NCBI GenBank assembly: GCA_027310405.1
Contig: DAIDAX010000001.1
Span: 7,580 to 71,579 of the forward strand
Length of the DNA: 64,000 nt
Origin: a bacterium
Lineage (GTDB): Archaea; Aenigmatarchaeota; Aenigmatarchaeia; CG10238-14; SCSR01
Direction of reading: 5' to 3'
Shown here piece after piece: positions 26,742 to 35,921 of the stretch. The notes under the pieces were generated by a model that was not told where the DNA came from, ran no database searches, and saw only the letters and a list, made by a program, of their open reading frames with translations. Each line of letters starts with the position of its first letter. Position 1 is the first letter of the stretch. A program made the position numbers and the translations under genes.

Positions 26742-27434
26742 ATGGTAGTAATAGTTCCTTTGTGGTTTTGGGAATTCAGCTCAACAATCTATTTTATTGC
26801 AATGGTTATCGGGATATTTCTGAGCTATTTCTCTTTCAAACTATACAACTTCACAAGTAAAAAACAACATCTACTTCTGCATATTGCATTTATTTTCATA
26901 GCTGCAAGTTTTCTCGCAATTTTCGTAGGGAATTTGGAAAGCTACTATAATTTTCAATCTTCCTGTAATCCAAACTGTATAATTAACCCAAACGATCCGA
27001 CATATTTCTGGATACGTTTCGGAAACTACGGATATTACTCAACTTCTCTGATTGGTTATGCATTTCTCGCACTTAGCTACTGGTACTCTGAAAAAAAGAA
27101 TCTTCGTTTTGCGTTGCTGCCGGCCGTCGGAGCAATTGTACAATCTCCAACAATTTACGTTTTGTTCCCGTTCGTCAACACATACTTCAACATTTTCCAC
27201 ATACTCTCGATACTCTTTGTTTCATACATCGTTTTATACACGCTGAAAAATTATCGAAAGACGAAAAGTTTCAACTCGTTGCTTGTATTGTCTGGATTCG
27301 TCGCGATTGACTTTTATCACTTGTTGATGTACCTCATTCCGTTTTATGCAGAAACTTTCGCACTCGCACACTTTGCACTCCTTATCGGTTTCGGTAGTCT
27401 GTTGTTCATGCTTATCCGGGTGAATAGGAAGTGA
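26742..27434 (+). CDS. polytopic membrane protein, unknown function
   Basis: Six to seven hydrophobic segments. A conserved-looking motif lies upstream (see findings). Confidence 0.4.
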   Translation: MVVIVPLWFWEFSSTIYFIAMVIGIFLSYFSFKLYNFTSKKQHLLLHIAFIFIAASFLAIFVGNLESYYNFQSSCNPNCIINPNDPTYFWIRFGNYGYYSTSLIGYAFLALSYWYSEKKNLRFALLPAVGAIVQSPTIYVLFPFVNTYFNIFHILSILFVSYIVLYTLKNYRKTKSFNSLLVLSGFVAIDFYHLLMYLIPFYAETFALAHFALLIGFGSLLFMLIRVNRK

Positions 27435-27712
27435 ATCAGCGCAGATCCAAGCTTCAAGTCGTTGCAGATGTATTGCGTGTAATCGAGATGGAACAGGGTA
27501 GGAGAGTAAAACCTACACATATTTTGTACAAAGCGAATCTTTCTCACAAACTTTTGAAAGAACACTTAAACACATTGCTGCAAAAGGGATACATAAATGT
27601 TGAGATAGAAGGCAATCATACTTACTACAAGATCACTCCGGAAGGACAGAAGTTTATGCAGGAACTGCGAAAGATCGAAAAATTGTCACAAGCGTTCGGT
27701 TTGCCAATCTAA
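27431..27712 (+). CDS. winged-helix transcriptional regulator (small archaeal wHTH family)
   Basis: ILYKANLSHKLLKEHLNTLLQKGYI is shared with the paralog at 48984-49373 and with the partial ORF at the window end. Confidence 0.45.
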   Translation: MNQRRSKLQVVADVLRVIEMEQGRRVKPTHILYKANLSHKLLKEHLNTLLQKGYINVEIEGNHTYYKITPEGQKFMQELRKIEKLSQAFGLPI

Positions 27713-27750
27713 AGAACAGGTTTTATTTTTAGTTCACCAGATTATTCATT

Positions 27751-28425
27751 ATGAAAACTATCGGAATACTTGGTGGGATGGGTCCTGTGGCCACCGCAGA
27801 ACTTTACAAAAAAATAATCAAATACTGTCAAACAAAATATGGAGCTGTACAGGACAAAGATTATCCACCAATCGTGATGTACTCTCTGCCGTTGAAGGGG
27901 ACCGACGAGACCGGAATAATCAACGAGTCTTCTGTCTTCCAAGAATTCGTAAAGGAAATAAAAAAACTGAAAATACACGGAGCAGATTTTGTAATCATTC
28001 CTTGCAACACTCTTCACACATTCGACAAAAGACTCCAGGAAGAATTGAGTATACCTTTGATGAGCATAGTCGAAGTTACTTCCAACGAAGTGAAAAATTC
28101 AAAAATGAAAAAAATTGGTCTACTAGCTTCCGAAACGACGTACGGAAACAACCTTTACGAATCGTATCTAGATAGTCTAGTTGTTCCCGACAAAAAAGAA
28201 AGAAAACAAATCTCTCAAGTTATTTTACATGTGATGGGCGGAAAGAATTCGCAAACTGACAAAAAAATTCTTTTGAAAATTATAGAAAACATGAAAGTTG
28301 ACGCAGTGATTCTCGGATGCACGGAACTGCCTGTCGTCCTAAATCAAAGCGACACAAAAATAAAAATATTCGATTCGCTAGAGATTTTAGCAAAGAATGC
28401 AGTTGATTATGCCCAGATCGCCTAA
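27751..28425 (+). CDS. aspartate/glutamate racemase family protein
   Basis: IGILGGMGPVAT, CNTLH and ILGCTELP are the signature motifs, including both catalytic Cys regions. Confidence 0.75.
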   Translation: MKTIGILGGMGPVATAELYKKIIKYCQTKYGAVQDKDYPPIVMYSLPLKGTDETGIINESSVFQEFVKEIKKLKIHGADFVIIPCNTLHTFDKRLQEELSIPLMSIVEVTSNEVKNSKMKKIGLLASETTYGNNLYESYLDSLVVPDKKERKQISQVILHVMGGKNSQTDKKILLKIIENMKVDAVILGCTELPVVLNQSDTKIKIFDSLEILAKNAVDYAQIA

Positions 28426-28494
28426 TCAGGTATGGCACAGCGCTGGAAACGCTGCGAGCGCAAGCTCTTGTGGGTTCAAATCCCACTCTGGGCG
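28411..28494 (+). tRNA. tRNA-Ser (GGA)
   Basis: Acceptor GCCCAGA/TCTGGGC, anticodon arm CAGCG-CTGGAAA-CGCTG, long variable arm (GAGC-GCAA-GCTC), T-arm GTGGG-TTCAAAT-CCCAC and G73 discriminator. The 5' end overlaps the racemase 3' end by 15 nt. Confidence 0.8.
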
Positions 28495-28539
28495 CACCTT
28501 TTCATCGAACTTAAATAATTAATCAACTAACAAACAGTC

Positions 28540-28818
28540 ATGCCAACACAAAAACAATTACGAAACAATTTAATCGAACTAGAAGAGAGAGTAAGAAAAT
28601 ATTTTGATGAACATGTCTATGCTGGCTATACAAGACCTTTTCATCTGGAAGAAATCCAGATGTCACCTTTAAATCGTCATGTTCTTTATGCTGTACCTGA
28701 AGAAAAATTGGATGAAGAAATATCATCAATAGATAAAGCGTATGAAACAGGTTTAGCAGAAGTAGGTGCTAAATTGCATCTTGCAGTGAAATTACCATAT
28801 TGGGTTTACATGAAATAA
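28540..28818 (+). CDS. hypothetical protein (92 aa)
   Basis: No recognised family. Confidence 0.3.
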   Translation: MPTQKQLRNNLIELEERVRKYFDEHVYAGYTRPFHLEEIQMSPLNRHVLYAVPEEKLDEEISSIDKAYETGLAEVGAKLHLAVKLPYWVYMK

Positions 28819-29054
28819 AAGAAGCCCACGAACTGACGAAACTTCCAAGTCACACTCTAGTGCTAAGACACTTTTTGTAGATTTTTCAGAATAAGAAGGT
28901 CGGATGAAAAAATGCAAATGAGGGTTGGGTGGGAGCCGAACCCTCTTTGGCTGGACTCTGGATGTGGATACATTCAGGTAGGTAACAATTAGTTTCGGGG
29001 ATATACCCCATTTATGAAAACTAAATCTAGAACAATGTTCAATATATTTCGGGT

Positions 29055-29882
29055 GTGAAAATGCCTACAAACTTACCTGTTGAGTGGTCATTAGTCGAAA
29101 AAGAATACCAAAGTGCAAAAACATTGGAGGAAAAAATTGCTACGCTGAAAAAATTAATTTCTGTCACACCAAAACACAAAGGGACTGAACATCTTCTCGG
29201 AGATTTGCGAAAAAGATTAGCAAAACTCGAGGATCAGCTAGAACGAAGATCCAAAAAAACTGGAAGAAAAGTAGAAACGATAAAGAAAACTGCAGATATT
29301 TTTGTACCGATAATCGGATTGACACAGAGCGGAAAGAGCACGCTGATGAAATCATTGACAAATGCTCCTGTGGAAATTTCTTCAAAACCTTACACAACAA
29401 GGGAATCGGTAACTGGAGTTCGTTTCTTCGAAGGTGTCGATATGCAGTTTGTGGAAATTCCATCGTTCTTTTTGAGAAAAGATATGGACATTGCAAGAAA
29501 TGCTGACGTAATTGTTGTAATGACTAGAGACGAGCGAGACTTGAAAAAAATTCAGGAAGTCGTTAGACAGAACAAACTTGAAGGAAAGAAAATAATTGTC
29601 ACCAACATTGGAAAACCTTACGAAGAATTGTTGCACGAAATAATTAACAAGATCGATGTTGTGAGAGTTTTTACAAAACCTGTTGGGAAGAAAGCTGCAG
29701 AGAAAGCAGTTGTTTTGAAAAAAGGTAGTGCGATGAAAAATCTCGTGAAAAGAATAAACGAAAGCTGGCTAAAGAATTTCAAGTTTGCAAGAATTTTCGA
29801 CGACACGGAATTTTCTGGAAGACGAGTCGGCTTGAATTATCTTTTGAAAGATAGAGATGTTGTTGAAATTCACAGTGGCTGA
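29055..29882 (+). CDS. GTP-binding protein with C-terminal TGS domain (DRG/Obg-related)
   Basis: It has a P-loop (GLTQSGKSTLMKSL), a G-domain and a C-terminal TGS-like region (RRVGLNYLLKDRDVVEI). Confidence 0.6.
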   Translation: MKMPTNLPVEWSLVEKEYQSAKTLEEKIATLKKLISVTPKHKGTEHLLGDLRKRLAKLEDQLERRSKKTGRKVETIKKTADIFVPIIGLTQSGKSTLMKSLTNAPVEISSKPYTTRESVTGVRFFEGVDMQFVEIPSFFLRKDMDIARNADVIVVMTRDERDLKKIQEVVRQNKLEGKKIIVTNIGKPYEELLHEIINKIDVVRVFTKPVGKKAAEKAVVLKKGSAMKNLVKRINESWLKNFKFARIFDDTEFSGRRVGLNYLLKDRDVVEIHSG

Positions 29883-29916
29883 AAAGGATAAAAAGTTTTC
29901 TTTGTAAGCAGTTCGT

Positions 29917-30183
29917 ATGTACTACACATGTACTCTATCTGCAACTGGTAAAATTGGAGAAAGAGGCGCTAGAAAAATTTTAGAAGATAATTTAAGCAAG
30001 ATAGATAGAATTAACTTCACAGAATACTCGAATCCTGATGTTTATAAAATCTACTTTTTTCAAATTCTGAAGAGAAAAGAAGTAGAGAAAATTATAGCTA
30101 AAATCAAAAATGAAATGCAACCTTATGGTATACAAATTGAATTTACAGAGTTAAAAGATATTGCTGGTTTCGGGCGACACTAG
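29917..30183 (+). CDS. hypothetical protein (88 aa)
   Basis: ORF only. Confidence 0.25.
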   Translation: MYYTCTLSATGKIGERGARKILEDNLSKIDRINFTEYSNPDVYKIYFFQILKRKEVEKIIAKIKNEMQPYGIQIEFTELKDIAGFGRH

Positions 30184-30651
30184 CTACTCAACCAACACTT
30201 TGAGTAAATCTGCCTGAGAAACCATTCCAACAAGTCTTTCGTTTGCAATTACCGGAAGTCTGTTCACTTTGTTTCTCTCCATTACTTCTGCAGCCTCTAG
30301 AATAGTAGCTTCAGGGTTTATGGATACAATGTCTGTACTCATGAAATCTTCAGCTTTCATTTTTGACACTCTTTTGAGCTCGGTCATAAATTCTAATTCT
30401 CTTTTGAAAAGTTGTCCGACAAACAAAGTAAGCATATGAGGTTCTTCAGAACTTGCATCCAAATCTGGAAGCTTGATTCTCATGAAACGAATTATATCGC
30501 TCTCGCTAATTACGCCAACAACTTTTCCTTCTTGAATTACTGGAGCTCCGGAAATATTTTCACGAGAGAGAACCCTCGCTATTTTAAAAATGGAATCGTC
30601 TGGAGAAAAATAAATTATATTTCTACGCATGATGTCCTTTACGAGCTTCAC
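30184..30651 (-). CDS. CBS domain pair protein
   Basis: Two CBS repeats (ISGAPVIQEGKVVGVISESDI... / VNRLPVIANERLVGMVSQADL). Confidence 0.7.
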   Translation of the reverse strand: MKLVKDIMRRNIIYFSPDDSIFKIARVLSRENISGAPVIQEGKVVGVISESDIIRFMRIKLPDLDASSEEPHMLTLFVGQLFKRELEFMTELKRVSKMKAEDFMSTDIVSINPEATILEAAEVMERNKVNRLPVIANERLVGMVSQADLLKVLVE

Positions 30652-30779
30652 TCTAAATTATTGTTTTTCAAGAAGTAAAAAGTTTAAACTTTTAGTACGA
30701 GCCGATAAGCAGGCTGGTTATATTCATCTCAAACATCAATGAATCTTCCTTCCCTAACTTCTCTTGCCATGTACAGAGC

Positions 30780-30977
30780 CTAACATGAACTCACTATTCC
30801 CTGTTTGCGCCGCTTATCTGGTATTTCTTCTTTCAACAATTTCAGTTGAGCGACAAGTTTCGTGAGCTTGAAATCTTTCTCTTGCCAGTAAAATTCCCTG
30901 ACAACTCTTCCTATTGGGTTGTAAATGTCGTCATTCAAATTGAGTTCTTTTTTCTTTTTTGTGACAACGGATTTCAT
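30780..30977 (-). CDS. small hypothetical protein (65 aa)
   Basis: ORF only. Confidence 0.2.
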   Translation of the reverse strand: MKSVVTKKKKELNLNDDIYNPIGRVVREFYWQEKDFKLTKLVAQLKLLKEEIPDKRRKQGIVSSC

Positions 30978-31020
30978 TAAAGTCTGTTCGGCTCATATGA
31001 AAACAAACTAGACATTTGGT

Positions 31021-31350
31021 CTACCTTATCTTCGAACCGACTTCAATTTCTTCAGAAGGTTGGAGCAAAACGATTTTTCCTTCTTTGTTTTCCGCAGCAA
31101 GAACCATGCATTGCGACTCGATATCCATCATTTTTCTCTTCTCAAGATTCGTGACGAAAATAAATTTTTTTCCAACAAGTTGTTCGGAAGTAAAAATCTT
31201 TTTTAATCCAGCAACTGCTTGTTTTTTCTCATTTCCAAAATCGACTTGAAGTTTAATTAACTTTTCAGAATTAGGAATATCTTCAACACTAAGAATTTTT
31301 CCAACACGTATGTCAAGTTTTTGAAAATCTGCAAATGAAACTTCTACCAT
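31021..31350 (-). CDS. tRNA-binding domain protein (Trbp111/CsaA/MetRS C-terminal domain-like)
   Basis: DFQKLDIRVGKILSVEDIPNSEKLIKLQVDFGNEKKQAVAG matches the OB-fold tRNA-binding domain (LDIRVGKI...E.HP.ADKL..L.VD.G). Confidence 0.7.
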   Translation of the reverse strand: MVEVSFADFQKLDIRVGKILSVEDIPNSEKLIKLQVDFGNEKKQAVAGLKKIFTSEQLVGKKFIFVTNLEKRKMMDIESQCMVLAAENKEGKIVLLQPSEEIEVGSKIR

Positions 31351-31374
31351 ACCAAAAATATTCTGCGGGAAGAT

Positions 31375-31764
31375 TTAAATTGTTAACAATTCTTCTAAAG
31401 AAAGCCCAGGGGAATTTCCGGCATAGACTGGTACACCTTTGATTTCTATCGCTGCAAAGAATAATCTCGGATAGTGGTTTGCTCTGGGTCTCTTTAATTT
31501 CTCGTTGTATGAGAGATTGGTTTTGCTACCTCCGCGCTGCATAAATGTAGAAACAATGTTCTCAAATATACTACGAACTGGTTCATCTGCATCCAAATGA
31601 CCATATGTTCGTTCAAAAAAGACACTTGTTAATTCGACGACTGACGGACGAAATAGGTATCCGTCCTTTTCTAGTTCTGCAGCTTTACGAGGATCGTAAA
31701 TTCTCCCAAGTGATCTAGCTGTTGTAGCTGTTCTATTTTGATTCTGGGAGATAACAGTTTTCAA
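31375..31764 (-). CDS. hypothetical protein (129 aa)
   Basis: Lies between the MetRS and tRNA-binding protein genes on the same strand; family unknown. Confidence 0.35.
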   Translation of the reverse strand: MKTVISQNQNRTATTARSLGRIYDPRKAAELEKDGYLFRPSVVELTSVFFERTYGHLDADEPVRSIFENIVSTFMQRGGSKTNLSYNEKLKRPRANHYPRLFFAAIEIKGVPVYAGNSPGLSLEELLTI

Positions 31765-31904
31765 TAAAGTTTGTTTTCCATTTGGCAGATCTTCTACATA
31801 GATAATGAATAATGTTCGATTCCGGACAAATCACGTGCTTTTACAGCTTTCAAGAATTCTATTGCTTGCATAGCAAGATTTTTTGAACGGAGAACTATTT
31901 AAAC

Positions 31905-33413
31905 TCATTCAACTTTCTGAAAAAGAATTTTTCCTTTCTTGACTTTTCCTTCAAATTTTTTCTCGAACTTTATATCAGAAAATTTTTGTGGATTCAGTCC
32001 AAGCTGTTCGAAGATTTTTTCAGAAGTTTCAGGAAGAAATGGCGAAATCAGAATCGCAATTACACGTACAGCTTCCAATAGATTATGAAGTATATTTGAA
32101 AGTTCTTCTTTTTCTTTTTTCCAGGGTTCAGTTTCATTCACATATTTGTTTGTTGCTCGGACGAATTCCCAAATTTCTTCAATTGCAGAATTTATCTCAA
32201 GTTTTTCCATATGATTGTCAATTTTTTGGAGGCGTAGCTTACCGAACAACTCATCAACACCAATAATTTTTTTATCGAATTTCTCTACAAGGGAAAGAAC
32301 TCTGTAAACAAGATTTCCCAAGTCTGCTGCAAGTTCTCCATTTATTTTTTCTTTCAATGAATTTTCTGAGTAATCACCGTCGCTACCAAATGGTATCTGT
32401 CGCAAAATAAAATAGCGGAAAGCATCAACAGAATATTTTTTCGAAACTGCAATTGGATCAACAACATTACCCAACGTCTTCGACATTTTCTGTCCTTCAA
32501 CAGTCCACCATCCATGTGAAAAAACTTTTTTCGGAGGTTCGATATCTGCAGAGAAAAGAATCGCAGGCCAGATTACAGAATGGAACCAGTTAATCTCTTT
32601 TCCAACAAGATGGACATCTGCAGGCCAGAATTTTTTAAACGATTTTCCATCAGGCCAACCAAGAGCGGAGACGTAGTTAATCAGTGCATCCAACCAAACA
32701 TAGACTGTATGTGAATTGTCAAGAGGAAACTTTATTCCCCACTTCAGATTTTTTCTACTTATGCTAAGATCTTTCAAGCCTTCTTTTACTCTGTTGATAA
32801 TTTCCGGAGCACGAAACACCGGAGACAAAAATTCTGGATTGTCTTTGTAAAACTGAAGAAGTTTTTTCTGGTACTTGCTCAAACGGAAGAAGTATGTTTC
32901 TTCTTTCAACAATTTCAGTTCGAGGCTCGGATGATCTTTACATTTTCCATTGACAATTTCTGTCTCTGTTTTGAAACTCTCGCATCCGGTACAGTATAAA
33001 CCTTCGTAGAATCCTTTGTAGATGTCTCCATTTTTGTTAATCAATTCAATAATTTTTTTTACAACTTTTTCATGCCTCTCTTCCGTTGTACGAATAAAAT
33101 CATCGTAGGAAATACCAAGAGTTTTCCAAATAAGTTTGTATCTTTCCGAAACTTCGTCCGTAAATTTTTTTGGCGCCTTACCGACAGAATTGGCAGCTTT
33201 TTCTATTTTCTCTCCGTGTTCGTCTGTACCAGTCAAGAAGAAAACGTCTTCGCCCTTCAGTTTATGCCAACGTGCAAGAACATCTGCAACAATCGTTGTG
33301 TACGCATGTCCAAGGTGTGGAGAATCGTTTACGTAGTAGATAGGAGTAGTTACATAGAACTTCTTTTTTGCGCGTTTGGTTTTGGCATCAATTAGCGAAA
33401 CACCTTGAAACAA
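31905..33413 (-). CDS. metG: methionyl-tRNA synthetase (core, lacking appended C-terminal tRNA-binding domain)
   Basis: PIYYVNDSPHLGHAYTTIVADVLARWHKLKG is the HIGH region, and KMSKTLGN is present. At 502 aa it ends after the anticodon-binding domain. Confidence 0.9.
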   Translation of the reverse strand: MFQGVSLIDAKTKRAKKKFYVTTPIYYVNDSPHLGHAYTTIVADVLARWHKLKGEDVFFLTGTDEHGEKIEKAANSVGKAPKKFTDEVSERYKLIWKTLGISYDDFIRTTEERHEKVVKKIIELINKNGDIYKGFYEGLYCTGCESFKTETEIVNGKCKDHPSLELKLLKEETYFFRLSKYQKKLLQFYKDNPEFLSPVFRAPEIINRVKEGLKDLSISRKNLKWGIKFPLDNSHTVYVWLDALINYVSALGWPDGKSFKKFWPADVHLVGKEINWFHSVIWPAILFSADIEPPKKVFSHGWWTVEGQKMSKTLGNVVDPIAVSKKYSVDAFRYFILRQIPFGSDGDYSENSLKEKINGELAADLGNLVYRVLSLVEKFDKKIIGVDELFGKLRLQKIDNHMEKLEINSAIEEIWEFVRATNKYVNETEPWKKEKEELSNILHNLLEAVRVIAILISPFLPETSEKIFEQLGLNPQKFSDIKFEKKFEGKVKKGKILFQKVE

Positions 33414-33467
33414 CTATTGAGAATCGATATTTAAAACTTTTAGTCTAGGCTAACAAATTATCTATTA

Positions 33468-34133
33468 ATGAAAGTCCGTGCTGTAATTTTCGACTTCGAT
33501 CAGACTCTAGTAAACGATTATCCACAACACACAAGAGCTTTTCTTCTAGCGGCAAAAAAATTTGGATACAGACTTAGCAAAAAGAAAATCCAAAAAAAAT
33601 TCGGAGTTTCCGCAAAAAGTCTTGTACACGAGCTTATTCCAAAAATGACTGAAAAAGAATTGGAGAAATTTGTCGACTACAAAGAAAATTCGTACAGAAA
33701 ACTAACACGAGAAAAAGGAATAAAACTTATACCGAATGTTTTGCAAACTCTCAAATTTTTACGCAAGAAAAAAATAAAAATTGCTATCGCCTCTTCTGCA
33801 AGCAGACAAAATATTTTACTTGATTTCCAAAAAACTGGTTTGTCAAAATTTAGAATTCCATTTATTGCAGCCGAAGACGTACATCACACAAAACCAAATC
33901 CAGAACCTCTGCTAAAAGCTGCAAGACTTGTGAGAGTCAGTCCGAAAAACTGTTATTATATAGGCGATTCGAAGTACGAAATGATTGCTGCAAAACGAGC
34001 GAAGATGTTTGCAATCGGTATTCACACTGGCGCTTATTCTGAAAAAGAATTGGAAAAAAATGGAGCGAAAATCGTTTTTAAGAATTTCAAACAGCTAGAA
34101 AAATTTTTGAGGAAACAACTTACTCCATGCTGA
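33468..34133 (+). CDS. HAD-superfamily hydrolase (phosphatase/beta-phosphoglucomutase-like)
   Basis: VIFDFDQTLV is the DxD motif I, and YYIGDSKYEMIAAKRA is motif IV. Confidence 0.7.
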   Translation: MKVRAVIFDFDQTLVNDYPQHTRAFLLAAKKFGYRLSKKKIQKKFGVSAKSLVHELIPKMTEKELEKFVDYKENSYRKLTREKGIKLIPNVLQTLKFLRKKKIKIAIASSASRQNILLDFQKTGLSKFRIPFIAAEDVHHTKPNPEPLLKAARLVRVSPKNCYYIGDSKYEMIAAKRAKMFAIGIHTGAYSEKELEKNGAKIVFKNFKQLEKFLRKQLTPC

Positions 34134-34147
34134 GAGGATAATTTTTA

Positions 34148-34681
34148 TTATAAAAATTTTCCCAAAAAAATTTCTGTATGTTTATCTAAATCTCGCATAT
34201 AATTTGCTACCCCATCACCGCAAATATAATGAACCCGTTTTTTAATTATAGTATTCACATCTAAACCAGCACCAAAATAAACTTCTGCAAAAAGATTGTT
34301 GAGCAGTGAAAGTAACCCCTCTGTGTAAATAGGCCACATCTCCCTTGTAATCTTATTGTGCAAAAGGGTGCTGATATCAAGAAACTGTCTTTTGTGTCGG
34401 CGAAATACACGGTCAATTGTGTAACCAGTGCGTGAATTCTCTGTCACTATATGCGACATTATTGCATAAAAGTCATCAAAATTTAGATAGTCAAAATATT
34501 TTTCAGTAATTTCACCTCCTCTTTCTGGTATAACAAATTTTTGATCACCCACTGGTTCGACTGGCTTGTCTGGCGTAAGCAAAATTAAACTATAACCAAT
34601 TGGTATTTTACTTAATAGAATTTTGAAAACTCCAGAATTTTCATCTGGAATGAGAAATCTTCTTTTTAAATTGCGGCTCAT
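34148..34681 (-). CDS. hypothetical protein (177 aa)
   Basis: No recognised family. Confidence 0.35.
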   Translation of the reverse strand: MSRNLKRRFLIPDENSGVFKILLSKIPIGYSLILLTPDKPVEPVGDQKFVIPERGGEITEKYFDYLNFDDFYAIMSHIVTENSRTGYTIDRVFRRHKRQFLDISTLLHNKITREMWPIYTEGLLSLLNNLFAEVYFGAGLDVNTIIKKRVHYICGDGVANYMRDLDKHTEIFLGKFL

Positions 34682-34755
34682 GAAAAATCAACATAAATTT
34701 AAGAAGTTCCAAAATTTAAATAGTCGTTTAAAAGAACAGACTGAAAAGTAGTAGT

Positions 34756-35100
34756 TTATTCGCGAACAATCTGGGCGAAGCGCGGAGTGATGACGAGATA
34801 GCCTTCTTCGGTGCCAGCTATGTCCCAACCGAATTGCTGGCAGACTCTCTTCCACTTCTGCACAGACGTTTGGAAAGCTCCAAGATCTCTTTTCTGCAAG
34901 TCTTTCGTCTTCAGAAAAAGTATCTGCCCTTCGCGCAAGAATTTCATCAGTCTATCGATGTCGATCATGCCGTTGAGATTCTCGATTCGAATGAGAACTT
35001 TTTCTCCAACCTGAGCTTCTTGCCCTTCTTCGACAGGAAGTTCCGCTGGTTCTGATTTCTTAGGACTGATGACGTCTATCAAATCTTTTAACAAAGGCAT
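34756..35100 (-). CDS. sepF: SepF-like cell division protein (DUF552)
   Basis: A 114-aa protein whose size and C-terminal core (LIRIENLNGMIDIDRLMKFLREGQILFL...VITPRFAQI) resemble archaeal SepF. Confidence 0.45.
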   Translation of the reverse strand: MPLLKDLIDVISPKKSEPAELPVEEGQEAQVGEKVLIRIENLNGMIDIDRLMKFLREGQILFLKTKDLQKRDLGAFQTSVQKWKRVCQQFGWDIAGTEEGYLVITPRFAQIVRE

Positions 35101-35133
35101 GAATCTCTAACTTCTATTTCGCTTTCAAACGAT

Positions 35134-35373
35134 TTAAATATTCACAGAACCTTTGATTTTCTCTCTAGAGAAAATTCTCTCAGAAACGTATTTTCCCAAT
35201 TTCAATAAGTACGGTTCTTTCGCTCTAGCTATTCCTAAAAGTCCGTCTAAAAACATTCCGACACCAATTAAAGCTCCGATGTCGCCAGATACACTTGGCA
35301 AAGAAGAATTGTAGGTTAGCTCTGCAAACAATGTTCCGCCAAGACTTTCTGCATAGCTAATCAGATTTCTCAT
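35134..35373 (-). CDS. small hydrophobic hypothetical protein
   Basis: ORF only; 79 aa. Confidence 0.2.
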   Translation of the reverse strand: MRNLISYAESLGGTLFAELTYNSSLPSVSGDIGALIGVGMFLDGLLGIARAKEPYLLKLGKYVSERIFSREKIKGSVNI

Positions 35374-35428
35374 CTTTCTTACTTCTTTCGAAAAGTTAAA
35401 TTTCTTTCCTGAGATTTTGAAAAGATTT

Positions 35429-35890
35429 TTACATATTTTCTACAAAGTCAGCTGCATTCTGCAACGAGCTTGCAAATCCTGGCTCAGCGCCGAACACGAC
35501 AACTTTCTTTCCGTACTGTTTCGCTTTTTGAACAACAGGAAGAAAATCTGCGTCGCGTGTAGCAAGAGCAATATACTCAATGTCAGTCGAAACTGCAGCT
35601 TCGGTTGCAGCGACAGCAAGAGAAACGTCAACGTCGTTTGCATCTTCTTCTTTCATTGCAAGAATCATTATCACTTCAAACCCTTCGTTTATAACCGCTT
35701 CAATTAATTTTTCTGGAGCGAATTGATTTACAAAAACTTTTGCGATAACGACTCTTCCGTATTTTGCAGCTCTTTTTTTGAGTTCGCGCAAGTCAATCAT
35801 GAATTCTTTTCTGAGCATGTTCGGACCATCAACGAAAATTGCAATTCGTTGAGTCTTTTCAAAAACATTAGTTTCTTCTTCCATTTTCAA
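35429..35890 (-). CDS. NYN/LabA-like (PIN-related) domain protein
   Basis: RIAIFVDGPNM...IALATRDADFLPVV is typical of NYN-domain proteins. Confidence 0.6.
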   Translation of the reverse strand: MKMEEETNVFEKTQRIAIFVDGPNMLRKEFMIDLRELKKRAAKYGRVVIAKVFVNQFAPEKLIEAVINEGFEVIMILAMKEEDANDVDVSLAVAATEAAVSTDIEYIALATRDADFLPVVQKAKQYGKKVVVFGAEPGFASSLQNAADFVENM

Positions 35891-35921
35891 AATCCTCCTT
35901 GGATTAAAATCCTATACCTGT

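Noticed and set aside
28280-28486. 68-aa minus-strand ORF
   Set aside because: It overlaps tRNA-Ser(GGA) and the racemase 3' end. It is a spurious antisense frame.
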